From Ardenticatenia bacterium (GTDB lineage Bacteria > Chloroflexota > Anaerolineae > 4572-78 > NAK82), in the NCBI GenBank assembly GCA_003130875.1, contig QEXY01000143.1, positions 18,338 to 82,337 on the forward strand: DNA of 64,000 bases, in the 5' to 3' direction. Position numbers and translations under genes: made by a program. Positions 51,743-60,412 of the stretch are shown piece by piece (position 1 is the stretch's first letter; each line of letters starts with the position of its first letter). Below the pieces are notes generated by a model. It saw only the letters and a list, made by a program, of their open reading frames with translations, made no database searches and had not been told where the DNA came from.

Positions 51743-52482
51743 CGCTCAAGCTCTCCATTATCGTTCCGGTCTACAACGAGATTGCCACTCTGCGTGAAAT
51801 CCTGAGCCGTGTACGCCGGGTGGATGTAGCAGTATGGGTCGACTTCGGCCCCTATAGCTATCTCGAGCAACCAATCCGCCTGGAGAAAGAGATCATCGTG
51901 GTGGATGATGGCTCACAGGATGGCTCACGAGAGATCATCCAGAGTGAAGAAGCAGCCGGCCATATTCGCGCCTTCTACCATGCCCGTAATCAAGGCAAAG
52001 GGTCAGCAGTACGTACAGGTTTACAACATGCCACGGGTGACTTTATCGTGATCCAGGATGCTGATCTGGAATACGACCCCCGTGAGTATCGCATCCTACT
52101 ACAGCCCCTGCTGGAAGGACGTGCTTACGTTGTTTATGGGTCACGCTTTCGTGGAGGACCCACCAAAGCGATGTTCTTCACGCATATGCTGGGCAATCGC
52201 TTTCTCACTTTGGTGACGAACATTTTGTACGACTCGATCATCACGGACATGGAGACGTGTTATAAGTGCTTCTGTGCAGATGTGGTGCGCAACATTTCGC
52301 TTCGGGCGCGCGGCTTCGAGTTCGAACCGGAGATAACGGCTAAGGTGCTCAAACGAGGTTATCGTATCTACGAGGTGCCCATTTCGTACACCGGGCGCGA
52401 ATTCCACGAAGGTAAGAAGATCAGCTGGCGTGACGGTTTTAAAGCCCTGTGGACGCTTATTAAATATCGCTTTGTGGACTAA
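51739..52482 (+). CDS. family 2 glycosyltransferase, polyprenol-phosphate sugar synthase-like (DPM1/GtrB type)
   Basis: LSIIVPVYNE...IIVVDDGSQDGS...IQDADLEYDP...YGSR. The TTG start overlaps the upstream stop. Confidence 0.8.
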   Translation: MTLKLSIIVPVYNEIATLREILSRVRRVDVAVWVDFGPYSYLEQPIRLEKEIIVVDDGSQDGSREIIQSEEAAGHIRAFYHARNQGKGSAVRTGLQHATGDFIVIQDADLEYDPREYRILLQPLLEGRAYVVYGSRFRGGPTKAMFFTHMLGNRFLTLVTNILYDSIITDMETCYKCFCADVVRNISLRARGFEFEPEITAKVLKRGYRIYEVPISYTGREFHEGKKISWRDGFKALWTLIKYRFVD

Positions 52483-52485
52483 ACT

Positions 52486-53439
52486 ATGACGCAGTCCGTC
52501 GTGGTGCTCGGCAATCCAGTGCTGGACTATGTACTCCAGGTAGAACGGCTGCCCTCAACTTCTGGAATGCGTCAGGAAGTGCGAGCGTTCTGTGTGGGCC
52601 CAGGTGGTGCTGCCAATATCTCGATTGGCGCCGCGCGTCTGGGCTTGCAAGTCCAAGCACTTGGGGTCGTGGGTGGTGATGGCGTAGGGCGGCGTCTGCT
52701 TGATTGGCTTGATGGTGAAGGGGTGAACACTCACGCACTTCTTCGGCTGTCCGGCGCGCGTACGCCACGCGTGTTCATACTGAGCACGTCCCAGGGAGAA
52801 CAGGTGTTTCTAGGTTACCATCCGAAGTCCAATCCTCCTCCAGGCCTGCCGACCAGCTGGGGCGACGTCATTTCTCAGGCAGCTGCTCTCTACTGTGATG
52901 GCTGGAGTTGTAACAACTTGGGCATATCCCTGGTGCAACAGGCAGTTCAGCAAGCATGTGTGGCAGGTGTGGCGGTCCTCTTCGATCCAGGTCCGCAGGT
53001 GCATCTCTGTCCTGCCGGGCCGCTAGCCGGCATATTACGCAATACCACTGTATTGACACTCACTGAAGAGGAAGCACGTGCTCTCCTTCCAGGCTCTCTC
53101 GCATTGCCGGAACTGGCAGCTGCTCTGCGAGAGCGCGGCCCACGATTGGTGGTTATCAAGCGCGGCGCTCAGGGGTGCTACATCCAGCATGATGACGAGG
53201 CAATACTTCATCCGGGTTTTTCCGTGCCCGTACGCGACACATCAGCGGCCGGCGATGCCGTCTCTGCCGCTTTAGTATGGGGATGGTTACGCCGTTGCGA
53301 GCTGCCACAGCTGGCAGATTTATTGAACGCCGCCGGCGCGGTTGCTGTGCAGCGTCTGGGAGGAGGGCTTCGCATGCCGTACCTTGTCGAGATCAAGGCT
53401 CTGTTGCAACAACAAGGAAAGGCCACAGATTTCATGTGA
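52486..53439 (+). CDS. PfkB-family carbohydrate kinase
   Basis: VVVLGNPVLDYV...GGAANIS...C-terminal DTSAAGDA anion-hole motif. Confidence 0.82.
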   Translation: MTQSVVVLGNPVLDYVLQVERLPSTSGMRQEVRAFCVGPGGAANISIGAARLGLQVQALGVVGGDGVGRRLLDWLDGEGVNTHALLRLSGARTPRVFILSTSQGEQVFLGYHPKSNPPPGLPTSWGDVISQAAALYCDGWSCNNLGISLVQQAVQQACVAGVAVLFDPGPQVHLCPAGPLAGILRNTTVLTLTEEEARALLPGSLALPELAAALRERGPRLVVIKRGAQGCYIQHDDEAILHPGFSVPVRDTSAAGDAVSAALVWGWLRRCELPQLADLLNAAGAVAVQRLGGGLRMPYLVEIKALLQQQGKATDFM

Positions 53440-54149
53440 GGGCGTGGCGCATCAATTTGTATCCTCATTCCCGTCTAGAAAACGGTTCATCCACACAAAC
53501 GAAGTCGCACGTTGAGATTGTCATTCCAACGGCAGGAGTGTTGGTTGTTGCGGCTTACATCGCGGCCCAGATGCTCTCTGATCTTATGAGCTTGAAAATC
53601 GCCTATGTGGCGTCTTTTAGTGTGGATGCCGGCACTTTTATCTACCCTTTTACCTTCACATTGCGCGATCTCGTGCACAAGTTGTTGGGCAAACGCCATG
53701 CACGCATCATCATCGTCACCGCTGGTGCGATCAACTTGGTGATGGCAGGTTGCCTGGCTTTTGCTGCCTGGCTTCCCGCTGATCCTACCTGGCCATTACA
53801 GGATGCATTTGCCTCCGTCTTGGCGCCCACTTGGCGGATTGTCATTGCCAGCATCATAGCGGAAGTTCTCGCCGAGCTGATCGATACCGAGCTGTACAGC
53901 CTGTGGGTGCGATATATGACCCGGCGTGTGCAATGGTCGCGTGTGCTAGTCAGCAACGCGATCAGTATTCCGGTTGACAGCTTGGTTTTCGTTTGGTGTG
54001 CTTTTGGCCAGTGGGGTGGGCTATTGCCGGGTGGTTTGCCAGATGCCACCGTGTGGGCAATTTTCTGGGCCAATGTGTTGCTCAAAGGTGCCGTCACCTT
54101 AGTGAGCCTGCCTGGCATCTATGTGGTTCCAGAGAGAAGCGGCGCTTAG
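53436..54149 (+). CDS. yhhQ: YhhQ/VUT-family queuosine-precursor transporter
   Basis: AGTFIYPFTFTLRDLVHKLLGKRHARIII...SIIAEVLAELIDTELY...NAISIPVDSLVF matches the YhhQ (DUF165) pattern. The GTG start at 53436 overlaps the PfkB stop; the longer ATG start in the track lies inside the PfkB gene. Confidence 0.75.
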   Translation: MRAWRINLYPHSRLENGSSTQTKSHVEIVIPTAGVLVVAAYIAAQMLSDLMSLKIAYVASFSVDAGTFIYPFTFTLRDLVHKLLGKRHARIIIVTAGAINLVMAGCLAFAAWLPADPTWPLQDAFASVLAPTWRIVIASIIAEVLAELIDTELYSLWVRYMTRRVQWSRVLVSNAISIPVDSLVFVWCAFGQWGGLLPGGLPDATVWAIFWANVLLKGAVTLVSLPGIYVVPERSGA

Positions 54150-54279
54150 AGGTAAATTCCCGCAGGGCTTTTCACTCCTATAATAGTATTTCCTCGACTG
54201 GGTGAAGGGGCAGACCCAACCCCCGATCCGGACGCGCCGCCAGCATACGCCGACCATCCGGAATGAAGCGAAACCCTTG

Positions 54280-54365
54280 AGAGTGTTGAAAACCTTTAGT
54301 TACCCACTTTATTGGCCCATTTTCCTATGAAAATCTGAGCGGTCAAGGGATTTTTTCAACACTCT
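54280..54365. repeat. MITE-like element, copy 3 (inverted orientation)
   Basis: AGAGTGTTGAAAAC...TTTTTTCAACACTCT is the reverse complement of copies 1 and 2 with a few substitutions and one indel. No clear target duplication. Confidence 0.8.
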
Positions 54366-54376
54366 CACTTTTCTTA

Positions 54377-54427
54377 TTGACAACAAATCGAAACCGTGCT
54401 ATAATGATTTTGTAGCAAATCGCAACC
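54377..54427 (+). promoter_or_regulatory. perfect consensus promoter (TTGACA-17-TATAAT) with two CAAATCG(A/C)AAC direct repeats, upstream of the DeoR gene
   Basis: TTGACA at 54377-54382 and TATAAT at 54400-54405. The repeats are at 54384-54394 (in the spacer) and 54416-54426 (just downstream of the expected start site), 32 bp apart. Confidence 0.55.
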
Positions 54428-54431
54428 CATA

Positions 54432-55280
54432 ATGATTGCAACCGTAACAGATATGCCAGCCAACCAATCAGCCCGTGCGCAGCACAACCTCGAGACGGGT
54501 ATCGTGCCCGATGCCCAGGTCCGACGCGCGATGATCCTCGAAGAGTTGGCCACCCATCGAGTGGTACGCATTGCTGATCTGAGTGAACGTTTTGGCGTTT
54601 CGGAAGTCTCCATACGGCGTGACCTGGAACGTCTTGAGCAAAACGGTTTGCTGAAGCGCATCCACGGAGGAGCGGTCAGCATCCCTGGGGCGCCCATCCA
54701 TGAGGTTTCCTCTGCCCGCGTGCTTGCCCACGCCCGCGAAAAAGAGCGCATTGGACGTGCCGCAGCTCAGATGATCCGCGAAAACGAACGGCTGATCTTC
54801 GATTCGGGCACAACCACCCTGCAGGTAGCGCGCAACATTCCCGGCCACTTGCTTACCTCAGGAAATTTGACCGTCATCACCGCTTCCCTGCCGATTGTGT
54901 ATGAGCTGGGTGCTTGGAAAAACGTGCACATCATCGTGCTGGGAGGTGTCTATCTCCACGAGTACCAGGTCATGGTAGGGCCACAGACCATCGAAGCATT
55001 GCGCGGATTGCATGCGGACACCATGTTCCTCGGAGCAGATGGCCTGACCTTTTCCAACGGTGTCACAACAGCTAATGTCTTGGAGGCGGAGGTGGATCGC
55101 GCTCTGGTGCGCAGTGCTTCGCGGATTGTGGTGGTAGCCGACTCGAGCAAGATCGGTGTGATCGGTCTGGTGACTATTATGCCGCTCACCAAGATCAACG
55201 CTCTGATCACGGACGACAAGGCACCACCCGATTTTGTCACTCGTCTGCGCGATGAAGGAGTGGAAGTGATTACCGTGTAG
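54432..55280 (+). CDS. DeoR-family transcriptional regulator
   Basis: HTH VVRIADLSERFGVSEVSIRRDLERLEQNGLLKRIHGGA, plus a DeoR C-terminal sugar-phosphate sensor domain (IFDSGTTT...). Confidence 0.88.
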   Translation: MIATVTDMPANQSARAQHNLETGIVPDAQVRRAMILEELATHRVVRIADLSERFGVSEVSIRRDLERLEQNGLLKRIHGGAVSIPGAPIHEVSSARVLAHAREKERIGRAAAQMIRENERLIFDSGTTTLQVARNIPGHLLTSGNLTVITASLPIVYELGAWKNVHIIVLGGVYLHEYQVMVGPQTIEALRGLHADTMFLGADGLTFSNGVTTANVLEAEVDRALVRSASRIVVVADSSKIGVIGLVTIMPLTKINALITDDKAPPDFVTRLRDEGVEVITV

Positions 55281-55520
55281 CGTTGCAGAGATACAGAGGC
55301 GTTAGCTCAGTCGAGTAAGAGGCGAAGAGGGGGATGCCCGCGCCTGCCTGCCAATTCCCGACGAGCATCCCCACATTACACCGGATCCACGCTGTGGCCT
55401 TGAGATCAAGTGCCTGCAGCGCTGCCGGTTTGTTGCACATCATACCAAACATGAAGGCATATCGCAAGTTATCCGGACCATATGCACGTCACATTCACAA
55501 CACCAATGGGAGCATTTCCA

Positions 55521-56312
55521 ATGTCAGGAAAGGCGATCCGCCTCAGTAGACTTTTTCCCGAGGGGGCCAATACCGTCATTGTCGCGATGGATCACGGTCA
55601 AACATTCGGGCCCATGCCCGGCTTGGTGGATTTCACCGCCGCTGCAGAATCTCTCAGAGAAGCAGATGCCGTGCTGATGGCCCCCCAGATGATCCGTTTC
55701 GCCGGCAAGCTTTTCGATGGCAAGAGCAGTCCAGCGATCATCGCCCGGCTGAATTGGAACACCATCCATTGCGAGCCATGGCATTATCGAGAGGCATATA
55801 TCGTCCAGGCGATGTCCGTCGAAGCAGCTGTCGCCGCCGGAGCTGACTTGGTGTTGGCCAGCCTGGTGCTCAAGACAGACAGCGAAGAACACGACGCCCG
55901 CAATGTCCAGGTGTTCGCAGAGATCGCAGAGCAAAGCTATCGGCTGGGTGTGCCACTGGTTGGGGAGATATTCCCCGCCGGCGACCTGCGTGCCAGTTCG
56001 GAAGAGTTTCACGATTATATCAAGAAAGCGTGCCGCATTGCGTGCGAGCTGGGCGCGGATGCCATCAAAACTTTTTACACTGGTGAGCGCTTTGCCGAGG
56101 TTGTAGAAGGAGTGCCCATACCCATCTTCGCACTGGGCGCGGAGAAACTCGCCTCAGAGCTCGATGCGCTCACACTGGCACATAAAGCGGTCCGTGCGGG
56201 TGCTCGCGGGGTAGTGTTTGGGCGTAACGTCTTGCAGGCGGCGAACCCAGCCCAATTTCTGCGTCGATTGAAGAACGTGGTGCAGCGCCATATGGCGCCG
56301 GAGGTGGCGTAG
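55521..56312 (+). CDS. class I aldolase, DhnA/FbaB/LsrF-like
   Basis: VIVAMDHG...GADAIKTFYTG (Schiff-base Lys)...GVVFGRNV. Start chosen at MSGKAIRL. Confidence 0.78.
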   Translation: MSGKAIRLSRLFPEGANTVIVAMDHGQTFGPMPGLVDFTAAAESLREADAVLMAPQMIRFAGKLFDGKSSPAIIARLNWNTIHCEPWHYREAYIVQAMSVEAAVAAGADLVLASLVLKTDSEEHDARNVQVFAEIAEQSYRLGVPLVGEIFPAGDLRASSEEFHDYIKKACRIACELGADAIKTFYTGERFAEVVEGVPIPIFALGAEKLASELDALTLAHKAVRAGARGVVFGRNVLQAANPAQFLRRLKNVVQRHMAPEVA

Positions 56313-56316
56313 GAGG

Positions 56317-57825
56317 ATGCCCGAACGACTCTTGGGCTTGGATGTCGGCACCACCGCTACAAAAGGTCTCGTTTTCGATCTGAGTGGGAACATCCTCGCC
56401 TCAGCGAGCCAGCCCTATGAGTTGCTCACCCCACAACCGGGTTGGGTGGAACAATCGCCTGACGAGCTGTGCAAGGCGGTTGCGCAGGTCATCCGCTCGG
56501 TGCTTGCGCAGCTAGAGCCAGGAGACCACATCGCCGCTATCTCCCTGTCCTCACAAGGAGGCACCACTATTCCTGTGGATGCCGAAGGGCGCCCCACCTA
56601 TAACGCCATCAGCTGGATGGATCAGCGCGGCACCGTCCAGGCGGAGCGCGTCCGTATGGCGCTGGGGGATGCATACGTATACACCACCACCGGCTGGCCA
56701 CTCCAGAGCGCGCTGCCATTGCAACACATCGCCTGGCTGCGCGACGCTATGCCAGATCATTTCGCTCGTTCGCGCTATTTTCTATTTGTCAACGACTTCA
56801 TCGGTCACTGGCTGACCGGTGAGCGCTGCATGGATCCCACGAATGCCGGCATCACCCAGCTGATGAACATCGCTACTGGAGACTGGGACGAGCGTCTGCT
56901 CGAGATCGCCGGCATCCAAAGGGAGCAGCTCTCGCCCATTCGACCCTGTGGAACGGTGATCGGCAAGGTGACAACCGCGGCGAGCGCGGTGACCGGGCTG
57001 GCACAGGGCACTCTCGTGGTCAATGGCGCCCACGATCAGTATTGCGCGGCTGTCGGCGCCGGCGTCATGCAGCCGGGCCAGGTGCTGCTCTCGTGCGGCA
57101 CAGCGTGGGTGTTGCTCGCCGTTCCGGAAACCATAGAAGCAGGTCTGGCCAGCGGGATGGCAGTCGGGCGGCACGCAGTGGAAGGACACTGGGGCGCCAT
57201 CCGCAGCCTGGGCGGAGTCGGCAGATCGATGGAGTGGTTGGTGGATATTCTGTCGGACGAGCGTTCTCCGAATCAGGAACGCGCCGAGCGCTTGCGTTCC
57301 CTCGACCAGGCAGCGGCACGCGCCACAACGGGTGCGGATGGGTTGTTCTTCTATCCACTCGCCGGTGGTCACGCAGCCACCTATGGCCCAACGCGCGGCG
57401 CCTTCATCGGCCTCACTTTGAAGCACGGACGCGGTGATCTGGCCCGCGCCGTCATGGAGGGAATTGCCTTTGAGCTGAAGTGGACGTTAGAAGAAATTCA
57501 CACGGCTGGAGTACACGTGTCCGAATTGAAGATGGTGGGAGGCGCTGCCAAAAGTGTGATCTGGCCACGCATCGTTGCCGACGTCACCGACACCATCGTC
57601 ATTGTGCCCTCTTCGGGAGAAGCTGCCAGCCGAGGCGCAGCTATCCTGGCCGGTACAGGGGTGGGATTGTTCCCCAACGTGTTCGCTGGCTTCACTACGC
57701 TCAAAGCACACGAGGAAACCCTGCTCCCAGAGCCGGCCAGTGTCACCCGGTATGCCGAGGTCTTTGCGGTGTATCGGCGCGGTGCGCATTTCGACTCCAC
57801 CCAACCCAAGATCGGAGCAGCATAA
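56317..57825 (+). CDS. FGGY-family carbohydrate kinase (xylulokinase-like)
   Basis: LGLDVGTTATKG...GWVEQSP...GGAAKS, 502 aa. Confidence 0.85.
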   Translation: MPERLLGLDVGTTATKGLVFDLSGNILASASQPYELLTPQPGWVEQSPDELCKAVAQVIRSVLAQLEPGDHIAAISLSSQGGTTIPVDAEGRPTYNAISWMDQRGTVQAERVRMALGDAYVYTTTGWPLQSALPLQHIAWLRDAMPDHFARSRYFLFVNDFIGHWLTGERCMDPTNAGITQLMNIATGDWDERLLEIAGIQREQLSPIRPCGTVIGKVTTAASAVTGLAQGTLVVNGAHDQYCAAVGAGVMQPGQVLLSCGTAWVLLAVPETIEAGLASGMAVGRHAVEGHWGAIRSLGGVGRSMEWLVDILSDERSPNQERAERLRSLDQAAARATTGADGLFFYPLAGGHAATYGPTRGAFIGLTLKHGRGDLARAVMEGIAFELKWTLEEIHTAGVHVSELKMVGGAAKSVIWPRIVADVTDTIVIVPSSGEAASRGAAILAGTGVGLFPNVFAGFTTLKAHEETLLPEPASVTRYAEVFAVYRRGAHFDSTQPKIGAA

Positions 57826-57826
57826 C

Positions 57827-58870
57827 ATGTCTCTACAGGTTCGTGAGGCGGACAGACAATTTTATCGAGACCATCTAGAAGATTTCCTTCCGGACGTGAT
57901 CATCGATGTGCACACCCATATATGGCGAAAAGAATTCCGCGTGCCAACCTATACCAGCACGCGAGGCCCTGTGTGGCCGCGTCGGGTGGCGGAGGAAAAC
58001 ACGGTTGAGGAGCTGTTGGACACCTACGCGCACATGTTCCCAGGCAAGCAGGTGACTCCGCTCATCTTCGGCTGGCCAGAGCGCGATGTAGACTTGGAAC
58101 GCACCAATGCGTACACCAGCTGGGCAGCGCGGCGCCATCAATTGCCTGCCCTCCTGGTGACGACCCCATCTTGGTCGGCTTCTGAGGTGGAAGAGCGGGT
58201 GCGCAAGGGTGGCTTTATCGGGCTCAAGCCCTATGTCGACCAAGCGCCGCCCCATATCCCAGCGCAGGAGATCACGATCTATGACTTCTTGCCCCGTCAG
58301 CAGCTCGAAGTAGCCGACGCGCATGGCTGGCTTGTGATGTTACACCTCCCACGGCCGGCCCGCCTTCGGGATCCGCTCAACCTGGAACACCTGTTGGAGA
58401 TCGAGGCCACCTATCCCAACCTGAAACTCATCGTCGCCCATATCGGACGCGCCTACTGCGAAGAGGACGTCGGAGAGGCCTTCACCATATTGCGTGCCAG
58501 CCGGCAGCTGCTCTTTGACTTCAGCGCTAACACCAATATCAAGGTCATGGAACAGGCACTGCGCACCGTCGGCCCGCAGCGCATCGTGTTCGGCAGCGAC
58601 TTGCCGGTTGTGCGCATGCGCATGCGGCGCATCTGCGAAGATGGGCGCTATGTCAACCTCGTCCCGCCCGGCCTTTACGGCGACCTGCATGACGATCCGC
58701 ACATGCGCGAAGTGAGCACCGCTGAGGGCGAGCGCCTGACCTTCTTCCTGTACGAGGAGCTGCTCGCCTTTCGCCGCGCTGCAGAAGTGTGTGGCCTGGG
58801 GTCCGCTGAGATTGCTGATGTCTTCTATGGCAATGCAGCGCGCCTGATCGCAATGGTGGAAAGGAGGTGA
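57827..58870 (+). CDS. amidohydrolase-2 family metal-dependent hydrolase
   Basis: DVIIDVHTHIW (HxH)...KLIVAHIG...VFGSDLP. The ATG at 57827 follows the kinase stop directly; the longer start in the track overlaps the kinase gene. Confidence 0.75.
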   Translation: MSLQVREADRQFYRDHLEDFLPDVIIDVHTHIWRKEFRVPTYTSTRGPVWPRRVAEENTVEELLDTYAHMFPGKQVTPLIFGWPERDVDLERTNAYTSWAARRHQLPALLVTTPSWSASEVEERVRKGGFIGLKPYVDQAPPHIPAQEITIYDFLPRQQLEVADAHGWLVMLHLPRPARLRDPLNLEHLLEIEATYPNLKLIVAHIGRAYCEEDVGEAFTILRASRQLLFDFSANTNIKVMEQALRTVGPQRIVFGSDLPVVRMRMRRICEDGRYVNLVPPGLYGDLHDDPHMREVSTAEGERLTFFLYEELLAFRRAAEVCGLGSAEIADVFYGNAARLIAMVERR

Positions 58871-58994
58871 TCGGTTCAATCAGTACATGATCAACAGTCA
58901 AGGTCTCGCATAGTCAGATGATCAAAGCAGTTTTGTTCGTCAGCCCCTAAATGATGGAGGGCCCATTCAGCAATCGCGCAAGGAGGAACACAGA

Positions 58995-60329
58995 ATGAAC
59001 GAGCGCATTCGAATCTGGACCATTTTGTTGATCGTAGGTGCCTTGGTGGCCTCTTTCTTCACCAGTGGTGCGGCACCCTCGCCGCAAGAGGAGCCCATTG
59101 TCATCCGCTTCGCCGGCTGGATCGGCATGGAGGAGTCCACCGCTAAGCAGTTCAACTATATGGTGGAGAAATTCCAGGAGAAGCATCCCAACGTCAAGAT
59201 CGAGTACGAGGGTATTGCTTGGGAGAACACGCGGCAGCAGCTGCTGATGGAAGCCGCCGCCGGCAATGCTCCGGATGTGGCCCAAGTGGCGGCGCCGTGG
59301 ATCGGGCAGTTTGCCTATTCGGGGGCGATTGAGCCGCTAGAAGAGAGGGCAAAAGACTTTGCTGCGGATTACGTCCCCGGCGTGGTCGAGTCCTACACCT
59401 TCCCCGGTGCCGATGGCGTCGCACATATGTGGGGATTGCCCTGGGTGGCTGTGCACGACACACTGTTCTATAACACGGCCTTGATGCAGAAAGCTGGCCT
59501 CGATCCGACAAAGCTGCCCAGCACTATCGAAGAATTCGAGCAGGTGGTCTACGCCATTGCCAAGCTGGGCACGGATGAGAAGGGGAACAAGATCTGGGGC
59601 TATACGACTGCCACCGACCGTTCGGAGCTGGCCGCTAACGTTTTCAATGCCTGGCTGTTCAACTTTGGCGGCGACGTGTTGGATGAAAACGGCAAGGTCA
59701 TCATCAACAACGAAGCCGGCGTCAAGGCACTGACCTTCTGGAAAAAGCTGGTGGATGATGGGGTGATGCCAGCCGGATTCTCCTTCCGCGATCAATACAA
59801 CCTGATGGTCAACTATCAGACCGGCGGCTTCTCCGACGGTTCCTACGCGCGCGATGTACTGCGCATCACCAGTGGCAAAGGCAAGGAGTTCGACAAGGAC
59901 TTCGCCGTTGCGTTACATCCAACCACATTGCCCAACCCGGAGGATCCCTGCCAGCACAAAGCGATCTTCCACCACCATACCCTGGTGCTCTTCAAGCAGA
60001 GCCAGCACAAGGACATGGCGTTCGAATTCATCAAATTCCTGAGCACGGATCCTGAGATCACGCTCTACTACGCCCAGGGCAGCAGCCTCTTCCCATTGTA
60101 TAAGCCCGCTCTGGCCGATCCATTCTACTCTCAGGATGCCTTCGCCAAGACCTTCCAAGACGCCTTGTGCGGCGCGAAGCTCTACGGCATCAGCAAGACC
60201 CCGCAGTACGCTCAAGCGGTGGACTTCATCGCCATCGCCATCACCCAGGCGCTTTCAGGCGGCGATCCCAAGCAGGCATTGGATGAAGCCGCTGCCAACC
60301 TGAAAGTGCTGTATAAGCAAACGGATTAG
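58995..60329 (+). CDS. ABC transporter extracellular solute-binding protein (CUT1 sugar type)
   Basis: 444 aa with an N-terminal signal-anchor. VIRFAGWIG...WENTRQQLLMEAAAGNAPDV is typical of family 1 SBPs. Confidence 0.85.
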   Translation: MNERIRIWTILLIVGALVASFFTSGAAPSPQEEPIVIRFAGWIGMEESTAKQFNYMVEKFQEKHPNVKIEYEGIAWENTRQQLLMEAAAGNAPDVAQVAAPWIGQFAYSGAIEPLEERAKDFAADYVPGVVESYTFPGADGVAHMWGLPWVAVHDTLFYNTALMQKAGLDPTKLPSTIEEFEQVVYAIAKLGTDEKGNKIWGYTTATDRSELAANVFNAWLFNFGGDVLDENGKVIINNEAGVKALTFWKKLVDDGVMPAGFSFRDQYNLMVNYQTGGFSDGSYARDVLRITSGKGKEFDKDFAVALHPTTLPNPEDPCQHKAIFHHHTLVLFKQSQHKDMAFEFIKFLSTDPEITLYYAQGSSLFPLYKPALADPFYSQDAFAKTFQDALCGAKLYGISKTPQYAQAVDFIAIAITQALSGGDPKQALDEAAANLKVLYKQTD

Positions 60330-60344
60330 CTTGACAGATCTCGC

Positions 60345-60379
60345 GGTGCTGGGGGAGGAGATTTGACTCCCCCAGCACC
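60345..60379 (+). promoter_or_regulatory. intercistronic stem-loop (12-bp stem) between the SBP and permease genes
   Basis: GGTGCTGGGGGA-11 nt-TCCCCCAGCACC, with no T-tract. Its position is typical of mRNA-stabilising or attenuating hairpins after SBP genes. Confidence 0.5.
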
Positions 60380-60412
60380 CCGATAGCTCCCGATCGACTG
60401 AGGAGTGAGCTT

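Noticed and set aside
53440-53540. Possible preQ1 riboswitch upstream of the YhhQ hydrophobic core (hairpin CCGTCTAGAAAACGG followed by an A/C-rich tail)
   Set aside because: The stem is only 4 bp. The conserved loop and tail nucleotides and pseudoknot pairing of preQ1-I are not evident by eye. The segment is in frame with a plausible N-terminus. A covariance-model scan is needed.
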